Virus record (IMG/VR): IMGVR_UViG_3300025411_000009
Strand: one strand, 5' to 3'
From: an uncultured virus (IMG/VR IMGVR_UViG_3300025411_000009)
Lineage: Duplodnaviria; Heunggongvirae; Uroviricota; Caudoviricetes
Length of the DNA stretch: 64,000 bases
The position numbers and the translations under genes were made by a program. Below the pieces are notes generated by a model. It was not told the DNA's origin. It saw nothing but the letters and a program-made list of their open reading frames with translations, and did no database searches. Each line of letters begins with the position of its first letter. Positions within the stretch are counted from its first letter, which is position 1. Below, in pieces: positions 28,306-38,180 of the stretch.

Positions 28306-30802
28306 ATGCAATTATACCACTTTCATGTATTGAATAACATCTATGATGTGGAGGCACCCGATGCTGGCTCAGCCATGCAATGGATGAACCGTCAGGTTAT
28401 GGATGCCTTAAACATGGGGCCATATGCTTGGATGGATATGCCTATGCTTGAAAATTCATACTATTGTAGCCCTGGCGATTATTTCAATTAATGCTTGACT
28501 TTTTTGCCAGTTCTGATATAATGGTAACATAATGAATAAGGAGAAAAATATGACGGTTTTAGGATTTTGTAAGGTTTTAGGTGAGGTTATCGAGGACAAT
28601 TATGCTGCCAAGTGGACTCATAATGTATTGAAGATTGATATCCAAGAAGGCAAGCGCTTTTATAAGCTTGTCCGCCATGACTATGATGTGGAGACAGGCC
28701 AATTGGTTAAGTTTTCAGGCTCTGTCCACTGCTTCGTGGAGAAGGCGACTGGCGATATCTATAAGGCAGCTAGCTTTAAAGCCCCTGCCAAGGGTGTCCG
28801 TTTCAATATCGTTAAGGATCTAGAATTATTGAAGGAAATCGCTGATTGGGCAGGTGGCTATCTATACCGCTAAAATAATGCTTGACTTTTGGTATGGATA
28901 TGTTAGGATGGCTACACTATGAATAATTTAATAACACTTTTAATAGGGCTCTGGATCGGACTAGTAATAATAACCATCGGGCTCTATATTTTGGAGAGAA
29001 AATAAAATGGCTAAGTTTACAGTAAGGCTACCAAAATTGGTAGAGTTTATCGAGACCGAGGTTCATACAATCGAGGCTGACTCTGCTGAAGAGGCAATGG
29101 AAATAGTAATGAATTCTAGTGGAGATCCAAATGTCCTCTATGAGGAAGACGGATGGGAAACTAGGGAAGTGTGGTATCATGATATGGAAGCAGAGGAGAT
29201 TAAAGCATGAGCAAATTATTAGCAGTTCTATTATTATCAGTCTCCATCGGGGCTCAGGCTCACGATGGGTTCAGAGGCGGATATGGCGGTGGGTACCATC
29301 ATGGCGGTGGTAACAATTGGATCGCTCCAGCTATTATAGGGGGCATCGTAGGATATGAGCTTAATCGCTCTTATGGATACAATGCTAATCCCTACGTTGG
29401 CCAGTTCGGTCGAGGTTGCCGCCCCATCTATCAGACCGTATGGGCTCCAAACGGATTCGGTGGAGTGGTTCCGTTTCAGCAGTATTTGGGCTGTAATTAA
29501 GCCCCCTATTATATCACATCTGGCAATAAAGTCAAGCCCCCTAGGCCCCCTAGATTTCGCTTGACTTTTTCATTGGTTTCTGTATAATGGACACCATTGG
29601 TAAGGCAGCAATTAATCTGGTCTTCTAATCCACCCCTGGTCGTCTTCCATAGGGGGCTAAAATTCTGCTTGACATTCCATCCATTTTCTGTATAATGGAA
29701 CATAATTGATAAGGAGATAAAAAAATGAGTATGTTAGTAATCGATACGCAAGACCAAGAAAATTATGCCGCCCACCAAGGTTTCACTGGTGACTACCGCT
29801 GGAAAATGAAGGGTGGTCAATCCTACAAAATCACTAACATTCCACAAGGCGTGGACCCAGCTGAGGTTGTGGAGATGGTTCGCTTGGACATCGAGGAGAA
29901 TAACAATTTCTTCCGCTCAGACATTATCGGATACTCCCTCCAAGCGGATGACTGGATGTCTCCATTTGAAAAGAGCCAGCTCGAATACGAAGGCGAGATC
30001 CGCTATGCCGAACCCACCATTGATTATCGAGATTATTTAGCAGAAATCGCTTAATAATGCTTGACTTTTGGCATGGATGTGTTATCCTAGCCATACAATT
30101 AAAAAGGAGAAAAATATGACTGAAAAAGAAAAATTAGATTGGGAATTACAAGCTTACGGATGCTCTAAAGCGTCCCTTATGAGAATGGTAAAAGAGCAAG
30201 CCTTCCCAGGCACAGAGCTCATGTTCGCAGCTGGTATCCTATCAGATGCACAGGAAATCATCAGCGCTGAATTCAACGAGGACGGCTGGGTATCTCCAGA
30301 CCAAGCGAATCAAGCTAGACAGTTCCTCAATCGTGCTAAATGCATCATGTTCAACTTGATGGAATCCAGAAAGGAGCCTGTATGAGAATCGAAAAGCTAT
30401 CTTCAGCAGGAGGCACTTCCCTCCAAGGCGAAGTCTATACGGACTATGATACACTGGTGGCAGCCTTCGGTGAACCATCCTACGGTCCAGATGAGGACCC
30501 ATCCGATAAGGTGACCTGTGAATGGGTGCTAGAAATCGATGGCACGGTGGTGACCATATACGACTGGAAGGAATACGGTGATACCCCTAGGCACTATTAT
30601 GACTGGCACATTGGCGGGTATGATAGAAGAGCAGTGGACAAGGTTGAATCAATAATTAGGGAGGTAGAAAATGCTTAAAGGACTATTAATTGGTATTGTA
30701 TTAGGATTGGTAATAAAATATGCTGTATCGGACTCTAGGTGGTTTCAGCATGATGAATTCGCTGAGTTCAAATCAACGAGCTCATTCGAGCAGTTCAAAT
30801 AG
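28306..30802 (+). other. Plus-strand early ORF island: 28306-28491, 28550-28873, 28919-29005, 29007-29210, 29207-29500, 29725-30054, 30116-30385, 30382-30678, 30671-30802
   Basis: AGGAG RBSs after promoters; GC-richer codons; includes a secreted Gly-rich protein and single-TM peptides. Confidence 0.75.
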
Positions 30803-30834
30803 TTTTATCGGCGTCTAGTCAGCGCCACTCTCCG

Positions 30835-30864
30835 GAGGTGTCCATTGGGGCACCTCTTTTTTTT
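30835..30864 (+). terminator. Rho-independent terminator closing the plus-strand early island
   Basis: GAGGTGTCC-ATTG-GGGCACCTC followed by 8 T. Confidence 0.85.
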
Positions 30865-30948
30865 GGAGGCGGCTTAAGAATCGCTATGTGTCCTATAAAA
30901 AAAAGCCATCCATGGTCGGACTCTGAATTCAGTAACTTTTTTTCTAGC

Positions 30949-31983
30949 CTATTTTTTTGTGGAATCGAAATTTTTTCCGGAGGGTTTTCGTGTTCCCTTA
31001 ATTTTTTCCTGGAGGTCTATAATCTCCAAGTCTTTATCGGCTAATTGAACCTTGAGCGTTTGAATCACTTCATTAGACATTATCAGTTTAGTTTCTAATT
31101 CATCTACAGACTTTACCACGGAGTCTATTCTAGTCACTTCATCAATATAATTATTATGATATTCTGAGCCATAGTACCAAATCATCGCTATTAATATAAC
31201 GATTAATCCCAATAATACGTCATCTTTACCTATTTTAATTTTGTCCATCTGTATCCTCTTTCAATCTCTTCTTTAGTCCAACCATCATATTTTATCAGAT
31301 TTCTCTTCCATCTCTTATAATCTGATAGTAAGTAAGCAAAAGTACCACCAGGAAACTTAGGAACTTCTTCTTTTATCATAGCATCTTTTTTATCGTGTTC
31401 AAGCCATAAAATATACACAACACATACAATAAAAAAGGCGGATATCAGAGGCCAAGGTAGATTATAATTGAATATATTAAAATTATCCATTTTTATCCTC
31501 TAGAAATTTAAGTCGCTTTCTTAAAAAACTCACATCTTCTTGTAGAGATACCACTTGATTTGTCTTGATATACAGTTCATGACGGACTTCATCATCTATT
31601 TTTTCAAATAATTTCTGCCTATCTTTACTTTTCCAATCATGGGTTACATTAATACCTATCAGGATACCCATGATAAAGAAAACTATGCACATAACAATCA
31701 TATATTCTTCTCCAAATTATCACAAGCCAATCACAAATCTTGATGAATCATACTTATGAATATGCTTACAGTCTAATTTTTTGATATATTTCTTGTAAGC
31801 ATCTGGTTCCATGTAAAATTGTAAGACATCTTTTAAGGACATAGCGAGTTTTATCTCTTCCTTGTCTTCTTTATACTTGAGAGCGACTTCGAGTTGTCTT
31901 TGGAGTTCTCCCACGATGATGCATTCCATCTGGATATCTGTAAGTTGTATAGAAAATGTGTTAGAAATGTGTTTGGAAGTCAT
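30949..31983 (-). other. Small membrane-anchored and hypothetical ORFs 30949-31248, 31230-31490, 31483-31701, 31720-31983
   Basis: N-terminal hydrophobic helices plus coiled coils. Confidence 0.6.
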
Positions 31984-32154
31984 ATTTTTGTCTTTTAAAA
32001 GTCTTTTTTGAATCCCGGAGTGCAACGGACAAATTCTCCAGTCTGAATTTGACTGGAATCCTTTGAGGTTATGCACGTTTTCTCAAGAGATGAGCATCCG
32101 GTAAGTAGGAGGAATAGGAAAATCGTTGGAAACGCTGGAAAAACTGTAAGGAAT

Positions 32155-32343
32155 TTAGATTGAAACATATTTTTTAGTTTTGACTAGTGAATTCTTGTTT
32201 AGTTTATCGATTTCTTCTTTGGTTAGCGTAGAATGAGAGCTATCGCACCATCCATTTGGGTCTTTTGTCTTTCCACAGCCGCATTTTCCGATTTCTGCTA
32301 GTTCAGAAAGTCTTTTTTTGTCCCAATCAGCTATTTTTTTCAT
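32155..32343 (-). CDS. CDGSH iron-sulfur domain protein
   Basis: CGCGKTKDPNGWCDSSH. Confidence 0.75.
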   Translation of the reverse strand: MKKIADWDKKRLSELAEIGKCGCGKTKDPNGWCDSSHSTLTKEEIDKLNKNSLVKTKKYVSI

Positions 32344-32344
32344 A

Positions 32345-32668
32345 TTAGTGTAGTTTAGGGAATGCTCGTAGGTTGTCTTCGTGTCTTACGATATCAGTTT
32401 CTTCAACAAAATCATCAAATATCATAACCACATTTTCTTCGGTGACAATCCAATAGTCTTCGTCTTCAAATTTAGTTTGTGAAGCAGTTTGCCAGTTAGG
32501 AAGAATAGCATCACCTACTCTAACCTCTTTAACAGTATTACCTACAGCAACCACACGGCCTTTTTGTGCCTCGGCTGGGTCATTAGATGATAGGATAATA
32601 CCAGATTGTGTCTTTAAGTTTCTTTCAATCAGTTTTACAATAATTTTATCGCCAATCGGTCTTAACAT
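32345..32668 (-). CDS. groES: GroES-like co-chaperonin (gp31 analog)
   Basis: LRPIGDKIIVK...TQSGIIL...GRVVAVG...VRVGD. Confidence 0.88.
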   Translation of the reverse strand: MLRPIGDKIIVKLIERNLKTQSGIILSSNDPAEAQKGRVVAVGNTVKEVRVGDAILPNWQTASQTKFEDEDYWIVTEENVVMIFDDFVEETDIVRHEDNLRAFPKLH

Positions 32669-32683
32669 AATAATCCTTAAATT

Positions 32684-32986
32684 TTAAAAAAATATATTTC
32701 GTTGTATTAACTTACTTCTACCTTCTGGTGTCTTCTTTAACTTCTTAATGACATGGTGTGTCTTTTTAATCTGTAACTTTAACCATCTTGTATTACTCCA
32801 TTGTCTAGCAGAATAGTCTTTATCTGGTTGTGGTGCAAAACCATACAAAGCCCTATGAATATCCTTGTATTCTTCTTGAAGCGATTCTGTAGTATCTAAA
32901 TTCATCCAAAACATTCGTGCTATCCTAACAAAAATTAAGTAAAAAGTCAATCTAATACGTCTAATTATACCGTAACATTTCTTCAT
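32684..32986 (-). CDS. Hypothetical protein
   Basis: Co-oriented ORF; start uncertain. Confidence 0.5.
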   Translation of the reverse strand: MKKCYGIIRRIRLTFYLIFVRIARMFWMNLDTTESLQEEYKDIHRALYGFAPQPDKDYSARQWSNTRWLKLQIKKTHHVIKKLKKTPEGRSKLIQRNIFF

Positions 32987-33791
32987 ATGTGTAATTCCTT
33001 TCCATATATGTCGATGGATTATCTAGGTAAGATTTTTCTAAATCACCTGGTCGTCTTGGTTGATAGTTTATTTTAAAATCAGTATTATGTATACGTTTAA
33101 ACTCATTAACTATCTCCAAGGTCGTCCTAGTGTCTCCATAGGCAAGGTTTTCTATCTTATTTGATGGTTTATCAATGGCTTTGATGATAGAAAGGCAAAT
33201 ATCCATAACATGGACATACTCTCTCACACAAGTACCGTCTTTAGTATCATAGTCATTACCATAGAGATTAAACTCACCTGTCCTGGTCGCTTGGATGAGA
33301 TTATGGAACAATCCATCGGGATTAGTAGGTTGAATTCCATGTTCTGAACCAATAACATTATAAAATCTAAAAGTGGTATAGTTATCACAATATCCGGCAA
33401 CTATATCTTCTGCCACTCTCTTTGAATAACCATAAGGTGAATTTGGATTTGAAGCGGCACCTGTAGATGCAAAAACAAAATTGTTATAACTCAACTCTTT
33501 AATTATGTTTGTTGTACCATTGATATTAGTATCATAATACAATATAGGTTGTCTTACAGAATCGCCTACACGAACCAATGCAGCTAAATGAACGATTGTG
33601 TCATAGTGTTCTAATCTTGCAGCAGAATGCCTTATCATATCACTTGAACGAATATCAATCAAATATCGTTTACTCTTTGGTACAATTTCTTTATCTAACA
33701 GATGAAGTTCAATATCACCTCTATGGCGCAATAAAGAAACTAAATGTTGTCCAATATAGCCAGATGAACCTGTAATCAAAACTTTCTTCAT
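32961..33791 (-). CDS. NAD-dependent epimerase/dehydratase (GalE-like)
   Basis: ITGSSGYIG, HLAA, YGYSK, RFYNV, DGTCVREYVHV, RRPGD. Confidence 0.9.
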   Translation of the reverse strand: MKKVLITGSSGYIGQHLVSLLRHRGDIELHLLDKEIVPKSKRYLIDIRSSDMIRHSAARLEHYDTIVHLAALVRVGDSVRQPILYYDTNINGTTNIIKELSYNNFVFASTGAASNPNSPYGYSKRVAEDIVAGYCDNYTTFRFYNVIGSEHGIQPTNPDGLFHNLIQATRTGEFNLYGNDYDTKDGTCVREYVHVMDICLSIIKAIDKPSNKIENLAYGDTRTTLEIVNEFKRIHNTDFKINYQPRRPGDLEKSYLDNPSTYMERNYTYEEMLRYN

Positions 33792-33906
33792 TGAAACACT
33801 ACTCTCTTTAGTTCATCAATCTTTTGTTTTATGACCGGCTTAATTGGATTACTTTCAGAAGTAAAACAATATATCGTCTGTAAGAATTTTAATAAATCAT
33901 GTGGGT

Positions 33907-34161
33907 TCATAGGTTCTTAATCTTTGACCAAAGTTTTAATTTTTCTCTTTTTGCTTTTCTTGCTTCATTAATATTAGAATCTGATACAATACAATTCTCT
34001 ACCAATAAATCAATCATACAAAGGACATCACCAATCTCATGTTCTAAATTTTCTTTAGCATTATGTATGTCGAATCCAAATCTATGTATTTTAGATATCG
34101 CTTGAATAACTTCAGCACATTCTTCTTGTGTGATATTTAATATTTCGGTAGTTTGTGTCAT
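33907..34161 (-). CDS. MazG-like NTP pyrophosphohydrolase
   Basis: QEECAEVIQAISK...LEHEIGDV. Confidence 0.75.
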   Translation of the reverse strand: MTQTTEILNITQEECAEVIQAISKIHRFGFDIHNAKENLEHEIGDVLCMIDLLVENCIVSDSNINEARKAKREKLKLWSKIKNL

Positions 34162-34162
34162 A

Positions 34163-34387
34163 TTAACAATCAGCTGGGCCAACTAAATTTTCATTTAATA
34201 AACTAGGGCCAGCTTGACCTAGAACAAAATCTTCAGCAATCATTTCAGCATCGTCTTCTGAATATGTTGTTCGTTTTTGAATTAGTTTCTCATCAAGATA
34301 AAAATTAATAAGAAAACCATTACCTGTATATTCTACCTCTGCTCGGCGTCTTTCGTCATCCGAATAAAATTTTGATAATTCCACCAT
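34163..34387 (-). CDS. Hypothetical protein
   Basis: AGGAG RBS; 74 aa. Confidence 0.6.
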   Translation of the reverse strand: MVELSKFYSDDERRRAEVEYTGNGFLINFYLDEKLIQKRTTYSEDDAEMIAEDFVLGQAGPSLLNENLVGPADC

Positions 34388-34395
34388 TATTTCTC

Positions 34396-36507
34396 CTATG
34401 CAATCATTTCAATAAATCTATTTAGCACTACACGGTTAGATAATCTATTACCAGCATACTTACTAAACGCTGATACTAAACCTCTTGTTGTAGCATTTTC
34501 TTTAACCACAAATTCTACATCATCATCAGTATCCATACCTTCAGCTCGGAGTAAATAATACTCATCATATCCTGCTGATGTCGCTATAGCATACTTATTC
34601 TTACGGAAGTTTAATCTAATCTTATCATGGTCAGCAGCGGCTGAAAAGAAATCATATGAATTGCGATTAAACTCTCTACCATTAAGAATATAGAAACCTA
34701 CGATATTAGAATTTGTTCTAGCTTTAAGCATCTTTATATATGTAGTTGTTAATTCACGACCATATCTATCAGGAGCATATTCTTGATTTTTGGTAACAGG
34801 ATCAACAATCACCATTTTTTGACTTCTGAAATCATCACCGTTTGCAGGATCGTATGCATCTGCTCTGAAACCGCCATGCTCATTCATTTCATTAACCACA
34901 CGATTCAATGCATGGCCATCACCATCTGTTAAGAACACGGTATTCACAATTTGAAGTTTATAATCTTTTTGAAATTGTGGCACTAACTTCATAGCAGCCA
35001 TAATACATTCACTAAATGGTGTACCGCCTAATTCAAAGAATCTAGGTCTATTAGAGAATCTACCAGCTGACATTTTAGCAAGAGCAGCACCAGCATAAGT
35101 AAATTCTGCTGATGACATTTTACTTGATAAGATATTCAATAGGTTCATTCTCTCACAAGCGATATCACCAACTTTAGGTGTAGGACGATAACCGCCATAT
35201 GTTGTATTGGCATCATAATCATCATATTCTGATGTAAAGGTATATACTTCAAAAGGAATACTTACCTTACGGCAGAATAATGCTAGATTAATTACTTGTT
35301 TTACGGTACTTTCTAAATGATTAGCCATTGAACCAGACCAATCAAGGAACATTACAAGACCGTGAGATTTACCATCAGGAACAATAGTTGCCTTTTTGAA
35401 TATATCTTCACTAAACTTATATGAGAAAATTCTACTCATGTTAAGTTCGCCTGTTTTGGCAATAGATGCTCGTTTTAATTGTTCAGCATTCTTTTTAAGT
35501 TCAAATTCTTTAGCAAGATATGATACAACCTTAGCAGCATCTTTACGGATCTTTTGATACTTGTCCATATTGATACCACGACTTTCATATTCCATTTTTT
35601 CTTGGTATTTACGATATCTATCCCATAATGCTTTATGACCAATAATACATTTTGTTAAGTCATAATCAGGAATGTTACCGTAATAGTATGATGAACCATC
35701 AGAAGCAAATAGTTTCTTTTGATTCTTCATATAGTTTTCATCAGTATGTGATGAATATTCAGAACCTGCTGATGTACCTGCTTTATCATCTAAAGGTTTG
35801 CCTGATTGGTCAGGATCGTTTTGGTTCACTTCGTCATTACCTTCACCTTCTAAATCATAATTGGATGCGTCATCAGAATTACCATCTTCATCATTGTCTT
35901 CTTCGTATTCTTCGTTATCATCCATTTCCATTTTAAGTTTATCTTTGGCTTCTTTTTGCATCTTCATGTATTCCATGACTTCTTTAGCCACTTCGATAAC
36001 ATCATCATAAGATTCGGTTGATTCTACTTTTTTAAGTAATGATTGTTCATCATCATTGAATTTGATACCAAGTGTTGGACCGCCTTTTGAAAACATATTG
36101 ATACGGTCAATAAAATTCATTTCATTAACATCAACATCATTGATACCAAAGAAATCTTTTTTAATTAGGTCTTGATAACCTTTTACAAAAGAGCTACGAA
36201 TACCAGGATATTTGTTTTTGATTTTTCTTTCGATACGAACATCTTCAAGGACATTCATAAGTGACATTGGTATTTCAAGTTCATTAGCTTTTAACATACC
36301 TTCGCTAGGTGTGTATAAAGCATGGCCTACTTCGTGACCCATGAAAAGGTCATATAGGTAACCTGATATATTCTTATCAAGCACAGGTACGGTTAAAACA
36401 CGGTTCTTAACATCAAAAGATGCCGTATCAACATTGCGTTGCTCTACGATAAGATTTTCTGTTGCCATTAACTTGGCAAGAAGTGATTTTGACTGCACTA
36501 GTTCCAT
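34396..36507 (-). CDS. CobT-like metallopeptidase-VWA protein (partner of CobS-like ATPase)
   Basis: HEVGH, NVLEDVRIE, acidic linker, LDWSGSM MIDAS, GGTP, LTDGD; promoter at 36535-36563. Confidence 0.85.
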   Translation of the reverse strand: MELVQSKSLLAKLMATENLIVEQRNVDTASFDVKNRVLTVPVLDKNISGYLYDLFMGHEVGHALYTPSEGMLKANELEIPMSLMNVLEDVRIERKIKNKYPGIRSSFVKGYQDLIKKDFFGINDVDVNEMNFIDRINMFSKGGPTLGIKFNDDEQSLLKKVESTESYDDVIEVAKEVMEYMKMQKEAKDKLKMEMDDNEEYEEDNDEDGNSDDASNYDLEGEGNDEVNQNDPDQSGKPLDDKAGTSAGSEYSSHTDENYMKNQKKLFASDGSSYYYGNIPDYDLTKCIIGHKALWDRYRKYQEKMEYESRGINMDKYQKIRKDAAKVVSYLAKEFELKKNAEQLKRASIAKTGELNMSRIFSYKFSEDIFKKATIVPDGKSHGLVMFLDWSGSMANHLESTVKQVINLALFCRKVSIPFEVYTFTSEYDDYDANTTYGGYRPTPKVGDIACERMNLLNILSSKMSSAEFTYAGAALAKMSAGRFSNRPRFFELGGTPFSECIMAAMKLVPQFQKDYKLQIVNTVFLTDGDGHALNRVVNEMNEHGGFRADAYDPANGDDFRSQKMVIVDPVTKNQEYAPDRYGRELTTTYIKMLKARTNSNIVGFYILNGREFNRNSYDFFSAAADHDKIRLNFRKNKYAIATSAGYDEYYLLRAEGMDTDDDVEFVVKENATTRGLVSAFSKYAGNRLSNRVVLNRFIEMIA

Positions 36508-36599
36508 ATAAACCTTTCTAATTAATATGAGACCATTATACTACAAGAATACTTGCCAGTCAAGCACTTTATTTGGCATTTGTTGTTTTTTTACAACAA

Positions 36600-37277
36600 C
36601 TATTGGTATACCTCAAGCTCATATGATTGCTCACGGTATTGTTTGAATGTCTTTTGGTATCTTTTAATAAGTGGTGATAATTCTTCATAATTGATACCAA
36701 ATTCTTCAATTAAAAATTTCTTTGGTTCGGTAGATAGGTATGCTTGAATTTCATCCATAATAACTTTGGTATTATAACCAAGTTTTATTAAATGCTTACG
36801 AATGATTTGGTATTGTTTCTTATGCTTACTCAATAGCCTATGTGTTAAAATGTCCATATCAACCTTATATAAGGTTTCAGTATAATAATGAGCATGCGCC
36901 ATTTCATGCCTATATGCAGTCTTATCCGTCTTTAATGAACCAATGACATAAAACTTTTCATTCCAATTGACCTTCTCTTTGATTTTATCAATTAGTTCTT
37001 TTTCTTTAGGTGTCCATTCTTTTTGTGGATTTAATTTAATCCATTCTTTAAGAATATAATCCGGAAAGTTAAAGCCTGTCCAAAAATTGAAGTAATTTAA
37101 ATTACCCATGTTATCCATAGATTCAATTAAGAAATCATATACCGAAAACTTTTTGCCTACTAGGCCTTCTAATGGTGATTCATAATATTCTTGAATACGG
37201 AAAAAGGTTGTAGTAATCTCTTTGCGAGTATCAAATTCAAAATGAATAATATTACTACTTGGTTTATAGGCTATCAT
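36600..37277 (-). CDS. HExxH zincin-like protein
   Basis: RHEMAHAHYY...DEIQAY. Confidence 0.55.
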   Translation of the reverse strand: MIAYKPSSNIIHFEFDTRKEITTTFFRIQEYYESPLEGLVGKKFSVYDFLIESMDNMGNLNYFNFWTGFNFPDYILKEWIKLNPQKEWTPKEKELIDKIKEKVNWNEKFYVIGSLKTDKTAYRHEMAHAHYYTETLYKVDMDILTHRLLSKHKKQYQIIRKHLIKLGYNTKVIMDEIQAYLSTEPKKFLIEEFGINYEELSPLIKRYQKTFKQYREQSYELEVYQ

Positions 37278-37609
37278 CTTCGCATCCTTGAAATGTCTTC
37301 AGCGTCTTTTTGTTGAAATACAGGAACACTATTACTCTTGTGCATAGTAGCAACACCTAACATGGCATCACCTGTATATTGAACAGGGGCTTTCTTTGTA
37401 GCTACACCAACTTCCATATTTAAAGATGGATAGTGTGGTGTTTCTCTACGAAATGGTGGGATTTTTTTGAGTTCACGAGTGGCAACAATCTGTTTTGGAG
37501 CATGAGATTTTAACCATGCTACATATTGTTCGTGTTTTTGTTTGTTTGGTTTCTTTGGTTTAGACTTGGGTGTTCTCATGTGTATAATCATAGTATAATC
37601 CTTCATCAT
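37274..37609 (-). CDS. Conserved T4-like hypothetical protein
   Basis: YTG..MLGVATMHKSNSVPVF...DISRMRR; promoter at 37622-37650. Confidence 0.7.
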   Translation of the reverse strand: MMKDYTMIIHMRTPKSKPKKPNKQKHEQYVAWLKSHAPKQIVATRELKKIPPFRRETPHYPSLNMEVGVATKKAPVQYTGDAMLGVATMHKSNSVPVFQQKDAEDISRMRR

Positions 37610-37757
37610 TTTTATACTACCATTATATCATAGATTTAGCTCTTTGTCAAGAGCTATTTGGTATTATTATCATCAAAACGGAGCATACCTACTTATACCT
37701 AAAAATAGAGATAAAATCAATAATCTTTTGGTATATTTGGATATTACTCCTTGGCTT

Positions 37758-38180
37758 TCATGGAAGAAGGTTAGGGAATGCCTCTTTTACAAAATCATAA
37801 GTCAAACCTCTTACACCTAAATCTTTTCTAAAGATGCCAATGATAACTTCTGCTTCACGAGGTTCAATAGATTCTAATAATTGTAATAATAATTGTTTTC
37901 TTTTTTCAGGTGTTAGATTAGCAGCACCAGGATCTCCTTTTCTAAAGAGATACATTTTACGAATTTCCGTTGATAATTGATTGCGTGAAATACCAGGTAA
38001 TGTATCAGGTACAATATAATCTTCTGGCATTGAATCGTAATACCATTGATAATCTGGATGATATGCTAATTGGAAGACACCAACTAGAGTTTGTGATAGG
38101 TTCTTTTGTATGACAGCCATTCTTTCTTCTTTGGTGTTGGCTTCTTCAAATTCATCAAGCACTTCATAGATATTTTTCAT
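37758..38180 (-). CDS. Conserved hypothetical protein adjacent to rnh
   Basis: LQLLESIEPREAEV...VKEAFPNLL. Confidence 0.7.
   Translation of the reverse strand: MKNIYEVLDEFEEANTKEERMAVIQKNLSQTLVGVFQLAYHPDYQWYYDSMPEDYIVPDTLPGISRNQLSTEIRKMYLFRKGDPGAANLTPEKRKQLLLQLLESIEPREAEVIIGIFRKDLGVRGLTYDFVKEAFPNLLP

Larger units (their letters stand above)
25618..30088. promoter_or_regulatory. Array of 14 sigma70-like early promoters with 16-bp spacers: minus 25618, 26168, 26790, 27208, 27306, 28109, 28198, 29508; plus 28250, 28495, 28882, 29561, 29669, 30061
   Basis: Each reads GC-TTGAC(T/A)-16 bp-TATAAT (variants TAGAAT, TAGGAT, TATCCT), usually followed by GG; spacers counted by hand. Confidence 0.88.

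Noticed and set aside
25618..30088. Recurring GTCAAGCA and ACCATTATA words as a CRISPR or att-site array
   Set aside because: Spacing is irregular, both orientations occur, and the words are the -35 and -10 parts of promoters; no cas or integrase genes are present
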